From: Candidatus Goldiibacteriota bacterium
GTDB lineage: Bacteria; Oederibacteriota; PGYV01; DSYL01
Length of the DNA: 64,000 bases
NCBI GenBank assembly: GCA_018000835.1
Contig: JAGNJD010000002.1
Span: 1,732 to 65,731 of the forward strand
Direction: 5' to 3'
Below are positions 20,997-31,625 of the stretch, piece by piece; the first letter of the stretch is position 1, and the number at the start of each line of letters is the position of its first letter. Position numbers and translations under genes: made by a program. Below the pieces are notes generated by a model, which saw only the letters and a program-made list of their open reading frames with translations, made no database searches and had not been told where the DNA came from.

Positions 20997-21341
20997 TTGA
21001 AAAAAATAATTTTAATTTTTATGGCGTTCGTTTTTATATTTGGATGCAGTTCCAAAACCCCAACAGTAAAAATAATAAGCATTGAATCAAAAGGGTGTCA
21101 TTTTTGCGAAGAACAGCAAAAAGTCTTTGCCGAATTAAAGGAAAAATACAAGGATAAAATAATTATAGAAACTCATCTGATAGACGACCCGGACGGAATA
21201 AGTTATGCAGACAAATATGGCGCAACAAAATTTCCTACAAACATTTTTCTTGACGAAAAGGACAACGTCATTTTCAGGGCAGAAGGTCTGCTGAAAAAAG
21301 ATTCCATAGTAAAAGTCCTTGACATCGTAGGGATAAAATGA
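20997..21341 (+). CDS. Thioredoxin-fold lipoprotein (CxxC)
   Basis: Signal peptide with a lipobox (FIFGCSS). CHFC redox motif and a downstream FPT cis-Pro region typical of thioredoxin-like proteins. Confidence 0.55.
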   Translation: MKKIILIFMAFVFIFGCSSKTPTVKIISIESKGCHFCEEQQKVFAELKEKYKDKIIIETHLIDDPDGISYADKYGATKFPTNIFLDEKDNVIFRAEGLLKKDSIVKVLDIVGIK

Positions 21342-21350
21342 ATGCATAAC

Positions 21351-24300
21351 TTACTTTAAAATAATCAACTCCTGAATGCGCGAGTTTACCTTGTTTTTAT
21401 CGTTTTCTGCAGTAACAACAATCAAATAAAGCCCGTTTGCAAGATTTTCAAATTCTTTCTGACCTATTTCAATCACGTCATCCGTATCTTTGTTTTTTTC
21501 AATCGTCTTTATCAGCCGTAATGACCTCGTATAAATTTTTATGGTGACCTGATTACACTGACCCGATAATTTTAAAAATAATTTAAGTTTATTTTCCCGG
21601 CAATTATACGGATTTGGATATATCTGTATTTCATTTATGCCAAGTTCCGTTGACTGGATTATGGTATTGACCGGCGTAGGAATCATTGTCGGAGTTTGCG
21701 TGAAAGTGCACGTATAGGTAAACTGCGGATAATAAAACATCACGTCGTCTATTTCAACGTCAAATGCGCCGTCCTCAGATATTTTCCATTGTATATCTTC
21801 TGCCCGCGTTAAATCAAAAGGTCTGTATGTCCCATAAGGTATGGTAAATGAGGAAAATGGTATCTGCACAAGAGTCCAGTTCAGCGTCGTGGGAACTGTA
21901 TATTGCCAGTTGTTATAGTCAGGAATATCTGTAAAATTACCGGTTACAATGGCTATGTTAAGCGGCGTCCCGTCTCCTTTTACGAACATCTGTATTCCTT
22001 CAAATGTAGTCAGGTCGGTTTCTGCACCACCGTCTGCCAGATTTGTCCCGATTCCTGCCCACCCGCCCGTGACCTTATTTCCCGTTGCCCTGTATTTCCC
22101 GATCGTCGTTACCGGACCTCCTGGAGATTGTTTTGCACCGGTTATTTCTGAATGAGGGGCGGATTCTTCGTCAGCATAAGTATACCACCAGCCGCCCCAT
22201 AAATTCTGGTTTGTTCCTGTATTTTCGCAATCATCAACCATTACGCCTTTGGCAGGCGTGGCAGTGTTCGTTATCGTTACGGTCGCAGTCGGCGAACAAA
22301 CAGGCGTATTCGTTCCCGTTGCAGTTGCCGTATATTCAGGATGCGAAACCACAACTTCATACCATAACGTCTGGTATGAGGGGCCAATTGAAATTGAAGC
22401 AAAACCGCCGTTGTTTGTTACCGGCACGGCCGTCTTTCTTGCTCCTGTCGTATCAAGTGCCCATGAAGATACGTCTGCATAACTGCATGGCAGAATAACA
22501 GTCCCAGGTATTCCTTCCACCATAACCGGAGACGTTCCCCATTTATCCCGCAACGTTACGTTTATGCCCATTAAAGGTGGAAAAGAAATCAAAGTGTCGG
22601 GATACTGATAAAACTGTGCATTTGTATTATATTGCGTCCCAAGTGCAGTTATTAATATTTTTTGTGCAGATAAAAAAGAATCTCCGTCGAGAATTGTAAC
22701 TGCTATTGCTGAAAATCCGTCTGCAAGCGTCGCCCCGGGCGTTATCGTTACTCCGGATAAATAATAAGTTCTTCCGTTCTGGAAACCGTATACAAATTTT
22801 GTTTTTGGAGTATCCACTTTTACGTATCCCGCAGATGCATCTGATGCGTCCCATACGATTTCTCCGGTATCAGACGTCATCACGTTTTCCGACACATTCG
22901 TGGTTCCCGGAGAAATGGAACCAGGAGGGATGCTCTGCCCTTCCACCGCCATTCTTACTTTGTGTATCAAAGACGTCTTTGGATTTTCCCCTGCTTTTGC
23001 TCCGTCCACAAGCCACCATGCCCATGTACTTAACAATTCCTGTATTTCCCTTTCCCTGTCAATTGGTATTACAACCGTGTTAACTCCTTCTGAAATGTCT
23101 CCACGATGAAATGCAAGTGCTGCCGGTATCATTGATGCCATTTTAACCATATTCTGATTTACGGCAAAATATCCGTCTATTTTTTGCAGGTTCCAGTCAT
23201 CGCTTCCATTGTAATCAAATTCAAAAACCGCATCCCAACCCTGCAAACTTCCATAAGTGGAAAGAAAAAACATGCTCTCTGCTTCGTAAGAATTTGGATG
23301 CGGATGATTATACTCGGTTACGAGATGCGGTTTGTTTAATACCGATTTTAACCCAAGCCCTGCAACGGTTGACCCCGCCTGGTTGTTTACCATCGGATTG
23401 TTTCTCACATACCAGTCGGTGCTACTCCATGGCTGACCGGGAAATTCCGGATGCTGCCAATATGCATGCGTATCTATCGCATCATAAACGCTTTGAACGT
23501 TTGGCGTTGAACAGCCAATTATCGTTCCAAATATGAGTGCATGCGCCCCCAGGGTATTTCTTATATAATCCCTCATGTCAATCCAGTAGTTGCTTTCCGT
23601 CTCCTGCAAAAATCTGAACCAGTCCTTTCGTCCCTCTGTTGTTCTTACCGTGTCTCCCTGATTTTTGAAATTATCTATTCCCGTGGTATATAAATTTTCG
23701 CCCGATTTTAATCCGATTAAGCCGCCCTGCCTTAACGATACGTCGGTAAAATAAAAACTCCCGCCTGCCGCAAGCCCCATGCTTCCAAAATTTATTCTCG
23801 CGTTTGTATCGGAAGCATTTGGTGAAAACGTAAACGTAAAAACCTGCCATGCATTCGTTAAATTTATCTGCGTTGAAAATCCGAGGTTTGACCATGGGTC
23901 ATGTGCCATCATTAAGGACAAATCTATGGTCCTGTTTGTATCTGCTTTTGCATAAAACGTAATAGTATACGGCACTCCCGCAGTTACAGATAAATTCGGC
24001 TGGTTGAATTGAACGTGCCATCCCTGACTCCCTGCGGTTGTAACGTTTATCCTCGCGCAATTTAATCCGCCAGGGCCTGTCCCCGTCTCTACCACTGCAC
24101 TTCCAGTTGCAGTATCGTGAAACTCTGCAACCCATGGAGTTGTGTTTCCGGTAGTAAATCTTCCATTCGTCAGTATTTCAGAACCAGGCGGCTGATTTAA
24201 AACCCCCCATCCAGTTTCAAGTGCCTGCTGCGTCTGATATTTATTTTTTAACCAGTTATTCCATTGCGTATTTAATAAATTATAATAGTATGGAGGTAAT

Positions 24301-24989
24301 CCATCAAGTTGTGAACTTAAAAATGCCTGTGTTAATCCATTTTCATTATTTATTTCTATAAATGCTACTGCTGGTTCGTTTACATAACTATTTCCCGTGT
24401 ATGGATTGTAATGCGTTAATAAATCCCTTGCATAATCTTTTTGCAATTGCCTTGTCTGCGGATCAAAAAATCCAAGTGCATCACGGACTTTCCAGTCGGT
24501 TATTAAATCAATGTCTGCCGGCAGGTCTGTTCCTCTGTTAAACGGTCTGGACACAACCAGATTTATGTCGGCATATATTCCCTTTTGTTTTAACTGAAAT
24601 ATAAAATAATCGAGCAAATCAAGTTTTGCAGGACTTATTGTTCTATCCGGATTTGTGCCCGTCCATATATCATACATGTCCATGTGATGAAAGCGTACTG
24701 CGTTGAATCCGTATTTTGCGAGACGCGCTGCAGCCTGCAGTGCATTTGATTTTGAAGGAAAATTTCCGCCAAAGGTCGTGTTCGTGCCCCAGAATTTTAT
24801 CCTGCCTGAATTTACCGTAAAATGGCCGTCTGAAGTTGCCCGGACGAATCCTTCCGCATTTATGTTTCTGTAAACGATTAAACTTAAATCAACGGCATTG
24901 TTTGTTGAATCGTTCCATGGAAGGACAAAAGGAAAAACCGTTCCGGAAAAGGAATTTATCGCGGCAGAAAAGAAACAAATGAGAAACAT
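21351..24989 (-). CDS. Large secreted glycoside hydrolase (GH5-like TIM-barrel, clan GH-A) with beta-sandwich/CBM-like domains and a T9SS-type C-terminal sorting domain
   Basis: Signal peptide. N-terminal region has GFNAVRFHHMD and IEINNENG (NE acid/base-like) motifs typical of the GH5 family. 1212 aa with Thr/Pro-rich linkers. C-terminal IQIYPNPYN...VTIKIYTRSLRLIKTI...GLYLIVVTAEN matches the CTD pattern. Confidence 0.6.
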   Translation of the reverse strand: MFLICFFSAAINSFSGTVFPFVLPWNDSTNNAVDLSLIVYRNINAEGFVRATSDGHFTVNSGRIKFWGTNTTFGGNFPSKSNALQAAARLAKYGFNAVRFHHMDMYDIWTGTNPDRTISPAKLDLLDYFIFQLKQKGIYADINLVVSRPFNRGTDLPADIDLITDWKVRDALGFFDPQTRQLQKDYARDLLTHYNPYTGNSYVNEPAVAFIEINNENGLTQAFLSSQLDGLPPYYYNLLNTQWNNWLKNKYQTQQALETGWGVLNQPPGSEILTNGRFTTGNTTPWVAEFHDTATGSAVVETGTGPGGLNCARINVTTAGSQGWHVQFNQPNLSVTAGVPYTITFYAKADTNRTIDLSLMMAHDPWSNLGFSTQINLTNAWQVFTFTFSPNASDTNARINFGSMGLAAGGSFYFTDVSLRQGGLIGLKSGENLYTTGIDNFKNQGDTVRTTEGRKDWFRFLQETESNYWIDMRDYIRNTLGAHALIFGTIIGCSTPNVQSVYDAIDTHAYWQHPEFPGQPWSSTDWYVRNNPMVNNQAGSTVAGLGLKSVLNKPHLVTEYNHPHPNSYEAESMFFLSTYGSLQGWDAVFEFDYNGSDDWNLQKIDGYFAVNQNMVKMASMIPAALAFHRGDISEGVNTVVIPIDREREIQELLSTWAWWLVDGAKAGENPKTSLIHKVRMAVEGQSIPPGSISPGTTNVSENVMTSDTGEIVWDASDASAGYVKVDTPKTKFVYGFQNGRTYYLSGVTITPGATLADGFSAIAVTILDGDSFLSAQKILITALGTQYNTNAQFYQYPDTLISFPPLMGINVTLRDKWGTSPVMVEGIPGTVILPCSYADVSSWALDTTGARKTAVPVTNNGGFASISIGPSYQTLWYEVVVSHPEYTATATGTNTPVCSPTATVTITNTATPAKGVMVDDCENTGTNQNLWGGWWYTYADEESAPHSEITGAKQSPGGPVTTIGKYRATGNKVTGGWAGIGTNLADGGAETDLTTFEGIQMFVKGDGTPLNIAIVTGNFTDIPDYNNWQYTVPTTLNWTLVQIPFSSFTIPYGTYRPFDLTRAEDIQWKISEDGAFDVEIDDVMFYYPQFTYTCTFTQTPTMIPTPVNTIIQSTELGINEIQIYPNPYNCRENKLKLFLKLSGQCNQVTIKIYTRSLRLIKTIEKNKDTDDVIEIGQKEFENLANGLYLIVVTAENDKNKVNSRIQELIILK

Positions 24990-25036
24990 AAAAAATTTTT
25001 TCGTTTTTATACCCCTGCCTGTTTTTGTTTAAATTT

Positions 25037-25720
25037 TTATATTATCGACGGAGCGCTTCCTTTTTCAAAGGTTCTCTCCGATAACAACCTGCCTTTTTTG
25101 TCGTATTTTTTTATTGAAACGAGGAAACCCTCGTCATAGGTATGTTCTTCTTTCAGGTCTTTTCCTACGTAATATTTCACAATCCCATCTATTGTCTCGC
25201 CATATTTTTTTACAGTTCCATCTGCCTCATGCGTCCATCGTGCAATTTCCCTGCCATTTTTGTAAAAAACTTCCGTATTTCCCGTGCGGACAGAGACAAT
25301 CTCCGCATAAATTTTATCCGATAATAATTTTCCGTTTTCAGAATAAGTTTTCAGCCGCACAATCTGGTCAGATGCAAATCTGCCTTCTTTCCACAAAGCA
25401 CCGGAAGGATAATATAATTTATATGGTCCGTTTTTCTGTCCGTTAAAATAATTTTTTTCAACCATTACCTGACCATTTTCATAATATTCAACCACTTTGC
25501 CGTCAGGTATATCGCCGTATAATTCGTATCTGATAAGCGTGCCATCCTTATTTATGACTTCTATTGCATATACTTCCATACCATTTTTTGACTTTATTGC
25601 CTGATCCCCCAGAAAAAAACTTATTTTATAGGTAGTATTTCCTTCCTTATCCGTCCCGAGTATGGACGTTTTCTGGACCATTTGTAATTTGATTGGTTGT
25701 TCTTTTTTTTCTTCAGGCAT
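25037..25720 (-). CDS. MORN-repeat protein (YwqK-like)
   Basis: Repeated G-x-YxxYYxNGQ/K MORN-variant motifs (VEYYENGQVMVEKNYFNGQKNGPYKLYYPSGALWKEGRF...). Confidence 0.6.
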   Translation of the reverse strand: MPEEKKEQPIKLQMVQKTSILGTDKEGNTTYKISFFLGDQAIKSKNGMEVYAIEVINKDGTLIRYELYGDIPDGKVVEYYENGQVMVEKNYFNGQKNGPYKLYYPSGALWKEGRFASDQIVRLKTYSENGKLLSDKIYAEIVSVRTGNTEVFYKNGREIARWTHEADGTVKKYGETIDGIVKYYVGKDLKEEHTYDEGFLVSIKKYDKKGRLLSERTFEKGSAPSII

Positions 25721-25835
25721 AATTAACCTCCTGTATTGTTTTTGTTATCAATGTAATTATACATTATTCAAAAAAACAATGCAAACGTAATTTACATTTG
25801 TAGTGGGACCCCCGATATAAAGCCCAATGCTTCCA

Positions 25836-25879
25836 CAAAAAAAATGCAGCAATCCCGCCATTATTCTTACCGGGCTGCA
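25836..25879 (-). terminator. Rho-independent terminator downstream of the 992-aa hydrolase gene
   Basis: Minus-sense hairpin tgcagcccg...cgggattgctgca (imperfect) followed by a run of eight T. Confidence 0.45.
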
Positions 25880-25886
25880 ATTTATT

Positions 25887-28865
25887 TTACCTTATTATCG
25901 CGACTTTTCCGGTTTTTCTGTTCTTTCCGTCCCATAATACATAAATATAAACCCCCGGACTTATTTTTTCACTATTTCTTTTACCATCCACATTCCAGAG
26001 AAGTATTCCACCCGCTCCTGTTGCTTCTTTCTGGAACACGAGTTCTCCGTTTATGTTAAACACGGACAGTTTTACATATTCAGGGAGATTGTAAAAACCG
26101 ATTTCCTGCCGTCCTTCCTTTCCCGTGTAAAGTGTGGGATATACGTAAACTTTATCCAGATTATTTTTTGTTTCAGACGGGACGCCCTGCGTCGGCGTTA
26201 TTGACGGGACCGGTGTGTTTTTATAAAAACCCGGATTATCAATTCCTATGTATGCAGTATACGTAACGCTCGACCCCGAGACCTGAAATGAAACTGCCTG
26301 TATGTTATCACCGGTCCATGTGCCGCCGCATCCGCCCCATCCTCCCTGGGTTAACTGTGAAAACGGTAACTGATAAAACGTCCAATACGTATTTGTTTTA
26401 AAATCCGCGCCGAAATAATCATAACAGGGTATGTTGTTTTGATTTATAAAAACCCTTGCATCGTGTTGCCCGTCTCCTTTATACCAGAAAAATATTCCAT
26501 CATAACTCCGTAAATCCATCGGACTCCAGTTTGACGAAAGAGCAGCAGAGATTCCAAATCCCCATGAATTACCCATGACAGAGCCGGTTACCTCTACATA
26601 GCAGTTGGAGCCGTCAGCGCCTGCTCCATCGCATTTCATATCCGTAAATAACGATGGATATGCAGAAACTTCATCGCCATAAATTGACCACACCCCACCC
26701 CATAAATCAGTTTTATCACCATCCTCACAATCATCAATAAGGTTTGCCCCAAGAAAAACAGGGGTTGGAGTAAAAGTAGCAGTCGGTAGTGCAGTTGGGG
26801 TTGACGAAGGCGTTAAAGTAGGCAGGGTTGAATCATATAATGTTATTATTTTTACGTTATATGCCGGGACGTTAAAGCTGAAAGCCTGTGATGCGTTTGA
26901 AATCGTAGAATCCGCCGGCTGCATGTCAGGATTAGCATACGACTGATATCCGTTGCTTATCCATGAATATTGCTGTGGGGAAAAAGTAACGACCTGGGCA
27001 GAAGACAGCGGAGAAAAACCGTTTAAGGAAACATTTGCATCAATTGAATCAGTTTCACTCGTATTTATCATAATCAGGGATAATTTTCTGTCCCCTCTTT
27101 TATTTGCATAAATCTTAAGAGAAGAATTGGAAGAAGAACATGCGACGAGCGTGTTTCCGAGTTCATCGGCAGCAGAAAATCTGTTTTTTAACATCCATAA
27201 AGCCCAGTAAGAAGAACGCGGCTGATACCTGTAAGCAATGAGATCTCCGGATAATGCTCCCCCTTCCATTGCTCCAAAGTCAGAGTAAATATCAGGAGCC
27301 ATCTCACCAGGCCCGGGCGTGCCAAAATCAGTAAACAGGAATCCAAAATCACCGCCATTTTTCACAAAATTCAAAACGTAAGATGATATAAACAATGAAT
27401 TGTAATATCTATTCGTAAAAGCACTGTCAATGCCGTCGTTGTATTCCGTAAGCCACACAGAAACGGATTGAGGGGCAGGACAATACGTATTTATCCAGTT
27501 GGTAAGCGGCGTCATTTCAGAATCCCAGATATTTGTATATGAAAGAGCCACTGCTTCTGTTGCCGGCTGATAAGTGGGATACCGGTGCACTGAAATTGCT
27601 TTTATTATATCCTGTCTGCCTCTGGATTGAATATATTTTAAAAAATTTTCTATGTAATAATCATGTGCGACAGGATTATTTGATGCATTCATTGTTACGT
27701 TTTCATAATCACCTATGCTGTTAAACTGCGGCATTACGACTATGTTAGAATCAACCGCAGTCATTGCATCATAAAATTCAATAAATCTTTTTGCATAAAA
27801 CTGTGAATCAACGGGACCACCTGCTTCCCAGTTGCCTGCATTTTCATTTCCTATTTCCCAGTATTTTACGTTGTATCCCTTGTGCACGTTTGCATAATAA
27901 ACCCAGTCGGCTGCCTCCTGCACATTTCCCGTAAAAAAATTGACGGTTATCAACGGCTCTGCCGGCGGAGTAAGTGAACGGCATACGTCCATGAACTGTT
28001 CAAAATCCATGTTCCCGTATCTGTCAAAAACGTCGCCGAGAGCAACGGACGACGAATATGTTTTTGTCTGCTGCATAGGGTCTCCTGAATTAACAGATAC
28101 CTGATTTGCTCCATAATATAATTTTACCTCTTTTATTTCAAACTGGTTGTCCGGTGAAGAAGATGCATCACATAAAACCCTTATATATTTTGCCGATACT
28201 ACATTAAAAGAAATGTCGGCATCTCCGCCGCTTCCTGAAATTGTTCCTGAACTCGTATCTTTCCATGCAGTATCGTTATAAATCCAGATTCCAAGATTTC
28301 CGGGCCAGTTTGCATTTGAATACTGGACCTTATACTGCGTTGCATAAGGAGTTCCCCAGTTTATTACAATCCTGTTTACGTTAACCGGCTGGTATGATGA
28401 ATTCTGGATTTCGAGAATTATATATTGTTTTCTTGTATCCCCGGGAAAACTTTTCCAGGACGTATTCAAATCATTGTCGGTCACCATTGCTTTTTTTCTG
28501 TATCCTGCAGAAGTTGAACCGCGATATTTGCTTAAATTTAAAAAGCCGGAAGAAAAATCCACAGGTGACGGACTCCCGTCTACGACCCATTCACCGTTTG
28601 AATTATATTTTCCTTTCCCGTTCCAGTGGTATTCGTTTGAATTGGAACCGCCCGGAAAACGGATATAACGAATGCCTGCGCGCTGAAACTGCCATACGTT
28701 TCTTTTTAAATTTGTAAATCCATCCCACTCTCCGGTATTTATGGAAAATGCCGCGCCGGGAGAAAAGGAATGAAGGTTTGAATTAACATCAACGGTTACC
28801 GTAGAAGACGCACCAAAAACAAAAAACGGTAATATCAGGAAAATAAACAAAAATGCTTTTTTCAT
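25887..28865 (-). CDS. Secreted glycoside hydrolase (clan GH-A TIM barrel; GH30/GH39/GH51-like) with a discoidin (F5/8 type C)-like domain and a T9SS-type C-terminal sorting domain
   Basis: Signal peptide. WEIGNENAGNWE motif (catalytic acid/base context of clan GH-A). Discoidin-like segment NDLNTSWKSF...QYIILEIQ. Thr/Pro linker. C-terminal VYVYPTLY...VKLSVFNINGELV...GVYIYVLW CTD. Confidence 0.6.
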   Translation of the reverse strand: MKKAFLFIFLILPFFVFGASSTVTVDVNSNLHSFSPGAAFSINTGEWDGFTNLKRNVWQFQRAGIRYIRFPGGSNSNEYHWNGKGKYNSNGEWVVDGSPSPVDFSSGFLNLSKYRGSTSAGYRKKAMVTDNDLNTSWKSFPGDTRKQYIILEIQNSSYQPVNVNRIVINWGTPYATQYKVQYSNANWPGNLGIWIYNDTAWKDTSSGTISGSGGDADISFNVVSAKYIRVLCDASSSPDNQFEIKEVKLYYGANQVSVNSGDPMQQTKTYSSSVALGDVFDRYGNMDFEQFMDVCRSLTPPAEPLITVNFFTGNVQEAADWVYYANVHKGYNVKYWEIGNENAGNWEAGGPVDSQFYAKRFIEFYDAMTAVDSNIVVMPQFNSIGDYENVTMNASNNPVAHDYYIENFLKYIQSRGRQDIIKAISVHRYPTYQPATEAVALSYTNIWDSEMTPLTNWINTYCPAPQSVSVWLTEYNDGIDSAFTNRYYNSLFISSYVLNFVKNGGDFGFLFTDFGTPGPGEMAPDIYSDFGAMEGGALSGDLIAYRYQPRSSYWALWMLKNRFSAADELGNTLVACSSSNSSLKIYANKRGDRKLSLIMINTSETDSIDANVSLNGFSPLSSAQVVTFSPQQYSWISNGYQSYANPDMQPADSTISNASQAFSFNVPAYNVKIITLYDSTLPTLTPSSTPTALPTATFTPTPVFLGANLIDDCEDGDKTDLWGGVWSIYGDEVSAYPSLFTDMKCDGAGADGSNCYVEVTGSVMGNSWGFGISAALSSNWSPMDLRSYDGIFFWYKGDGQHDARVFINQNNIPCYDYFGADFKTNTYWTFYQLPFSQLTQGGWGGCGGTWTGDNIQAVSFQVSGSSVTYTAYIGIDNPGFYKNTPVPSITPTQGVPSETKNNLDKVYVYPTLYTGKEGRQEIGFYNLPEYVKLSVFNINGELVFQKEATGAGGILLWNVDGKRNSEKISPGVYIYVLWDGKNRKTGKVAIIR

Positions 28866-29427
28866 ATATAAACTCCTTTTAAATTTAACTTTTATATATT
28901 ATACAACGATTTAACGGAATTTTTGTTGCATTTTTTCCTTATGTATTCAGCCCCGCTCCTGTCCGGTAAAAAATATATATTTTCATATAATCCCTTTCAA
29001 ATTATACGTTTTTATAAAATTTTTAATAGCGTGAACATCAATTATAATGGAAGGATTGATTGCATTTTTTTAAAAATTCATTCTCGCCTTTCTAATGAGG
29101 GACGTGGCGGTTGCAGGGTTGATTTTGAAGGTCTGAAATAATCTGATTATATAAAGCATGCCCATAACATCAGCCCGTTTCAATTACGGAAAAAGCAATC
29201 CTGCAACCGCCGGTTTAATACTAATACATTTCCATTGCATCTCTGGGATATAAGTTTTTATTGAAATTCATTGATTTACCGGACAGCAATGATTCATCCT
29301 CCATTGCCGTCAGGTAAATTTAATGAATAAGATAGCGTTGTCACCTGCCGCTATTTTTCTCTGTTTTTTTCTTGACACTTTTTGCCCATCTGGTAATCTG
29401 ATAAGGAATTAAACTTTAAGGAGTAAA

Positions 29428-30423
29428 ATGCAAAAAATTTTTAACGTTAAATTATTATCATTGATTTTTTTTGTATTCATTTTTTGGGGAAATAAACAAT
29501 CTTTTGCCCTGATACTGCCGGAAACTCCTGACGGAAGAATCGGAAAAAATTATCAGTTATATGGATTTTTGTCCGCTGGATTTGGAACGGCAGAAAAATT
29601 TTTAGACCATTCAACGGATTATTACGTTTGTGGTTTACGTTCAAACCTGGGCACTGATTTTTTTGATTTCGGGATTTTTTACGATTATTCGGATTTTCCC
29701 GGATTGTCTGCAGACGTAAAATACGGATTTATACGGAATAATAATTTTTCCTGTGCAATTGACCTTTCACTTTCAAAGCCGTTTATGGATGGTTTCCTTG
29801 CTAAAACCGGCGCAGCCTTTAATCTAAACATATTGCGGCCGCTTGACCTGGTTCTTTCCTCTTATTACGTTTATTCGTTCTCTGAATTACAGACGGAAAA
29901 TGAAATTTTTTTTCCACGTGGATACTCGGTTTATTTTTACGGCGGTTTTGAATTCCATCCGCCTTTTTTGGCAGATAATACGATAAATTTTGGCTGCGGT
30001 TACCTTTATATACCCGACTCTCTTCCTGACAGCCGGAATTTTTTTAACCGGTTATACATAAATATATTTGCTAGATATGCGTTAAATGAACCAAAATTTG
30101 AAAAAAAATCATTAATATCTTCCGCCAATATCAAAAAAGATGAAAACGAGGAAAAAAACATAAACGAAAGTATATTGCTTGCAAAAGAATTAATAAAGAT
30201 AAAAAATTATAAAAAAGCAATTCTTGTATTATCGGATACACTGTATTATTATCCGGATAGTTTTATGTTAAACCTGTTAATTGCAGACTGTTATTATAAT
30301 ATGGGAGACAGAAAAAAATCCTATATCTATTACAAAAAAGCATCTGAAATTAATGCAATTGATTTAAAATTAAAGGACGTCATAAACAACATTGAAATGG
30401 AAATCAAACATGAACAAAAATAA
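29428..30423 (+). CDS. Secreted/outer-membrane-associated hypothetical protein with C-terminal TPR motif
   Basis: N-terminal signal peptide. Gly/aromatic-rich beta-strand-like N-terminal half. C-terminal TPR-like helix pair (LLIADCYYNMGDRKKSYIYYKKASEINAIDLK). Divergently transcribed from the hydrolase gene. Confidence 0.4.
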   Translation: MQKIFNVKLLSLIFFVFIFWGNKQSFALILPETPDGRIGKNYQLYGFLSAGFGTAEKFLDHSTDYYVCGLRSNLGTDFFDFGIFYDYSDFPGLSADVKYGFIRNNNFSCAIDLSLSKPFMDGFLAKTGAAFNLNILRPLDLVLSSYYVYSFSELQTENEIFFPRGYSVYFYGGFEFHPPFLADNTINFGCGYLYIPDSLPDSRNFFNRLYINIFARYALNEPKFEKKSLISSANIKKDENEEKNINESILLAKELIKIKNYKKAILVLSDTLYYYPDSFMLNLLIADCYYNMGDRKKSYIYYKKASEINAIDLKLKDVINNIEMEIKHEQK

Positions 30424-31474
30424 TTTTTTATCAGGACTGCTGATTATTTTTATCTTCTCTTTATTAAACGGCTGTGCCTCTGTTGACCAGTATAAATACA
30501 AGGATTCGAGGATGGCATTCAAAATAGACGTTGATGAGCCGCAGGTAAAGGAAACAAAAAAATCATTTTATCTGATTGACGAAAAAATAACCGTTTTCCC
30601 GTTTATTGATAACAGGAATTTTGATAAAACCTTATTTGCAACGGATATACCGCTATCAATATTATTTTCCAAAACAATTTATAAAAATTTGCTTGAAAAT
30701 CTTATTTTCAGGGAAATTAAATATGCGGATGAAGCCGTCTACAAAAACAAAACTATAACGTTTGACGAAAAAAATTTTAATGCCTTAAAAAACGAATCAA
30801 AAACCGATGCAATGTTAACCGGCATAATTTATGAATTTGACATTGTTATTTCTCCCGACAAAATAAAACAACAATATGTTTTAACTCTGCATATGCGCGG
30901 AGATATCAAAATAATGTCGGATAATGGAACGATAACTTATTATCATGATTATAACAAATTACGTTCGTATACCTTTAAGACAGAATCGTATTTCTCCTAT
31001 TCTGCATCCGACGTCCGGGCGCTCGGGCCTTACATAAACAATTTTCTTGAATGGATTGTAGACGGCGAAATTAACCATCTGATTACAAAATCCGAAGAAT
31101 TTGTAAACGGAAAAACGTCTATTGAGAATCTGATACCCGACGTATTAACCTATCCTCAGGAAAATACAAAATTATACGATGCTTCTATTATTTCTTCCGC
31201 CATATTACAAAAACAATTAATCAATGGGCTTGGCATGTTGGGCGGAGGACTGGCAGGATGTTTTACAGGTTATTATCTGGCAGGTGGTAATTCTGGCACC
31301 GGCCTTGGTGGCGCCATACTCGGCATACCTGTAGGAATGATTGCAGGATTTTTTATAACCAATTATTTTACAGACAAACTATATAAAGAAAATGAGAAAA
31401 AAGCGATTTTTTATGCTTTAAATAACCGGTATAATTTTGTTCTGTATTTTCCGATTTTAAATTTAAAATTATGA
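30392..31474 (+). CDS. Lipoprotein with C-terminal glycine-zipper membrane segment
   Basis: Signal peptide with a lipobox (LLNGCAS). C-terminal GLGMLGGGLAGCFTGYYLAGGNSGTGLGGAILGIPVGMIAGFF glycine-zipper. Confidence 0.45.
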   Translation: MKWKSNMNKNNFLSGLLIIFIFSLLNGCASVDQYKYKDSRMAFKIDVDEPQVKETKKSFYLIDEKITVFPFIDNRNFDKTLFATDIPLSILFSKTIYKNLLENLIFREIKYADEAVYKNKTITFDEKNFNALKNESKTDAMLTGIIYEFDIVISPDKIKQQYVLTLHMRGDIKIMSDNGTITYYHDYNKLRSYTFKTESYFSYSASDVRALGPYINNFLEWIVDGEINHLITKSEEFVNGKTSIENLIPDVLTYPQENTKLYDASIISSAILQKQLINGLGMLGGGLAGCFTGYYLAGGNSGTGLGGAILGIPVGMIAGFFITNYFTDKLYKENEKKAIFYALNNRYNFVLYFPILNLKL

Positions 31475-31486
31475 ACCCTGTAAATT

Positions 31487-31620
31487 TTGTTGACGGATAA
31501 CGGTCCGGAATTTATCAGTAAGGTTTATAAGTCATCGGCTGATAAACGAGAAATTAAGCTATGTTATATTGATTTAGGCGAGCCGATGCAAAAACGCCTA
31601 TATGGAAAGACAAATAATTT
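31487..31620 (+). pseudogene. Relic of an IS3-family transposase (C-terminal end of the integrase core, rve)
   Basis: The translation LTDNGPEFISKVY...GEPMQKRLYGK matches the conserved sDNGpEF.s...G.P.qNa.iErfn end of DDE/rve transposases. Only ~45 codons remain, with no upstream catalytic region. Confidence 0.45.
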
Positions 31621-31625
31621 TTTAT

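Noticed and set aside
21341-21351. Possible bidirectional terminator between the convergent thioredoxin-like gene and the GH5-like gene
   Set aside because: Only 9 bp separate the two stop codons. There is no room for a stem-loop, so no terminator could be supported.
28923-29141. 72-aa ORF in the hydrolase upstream region
   Set aside because: It has no RBS and a low-complexity translation. It overlaps the inverted-repeat region, which is more plausibly regulatory.
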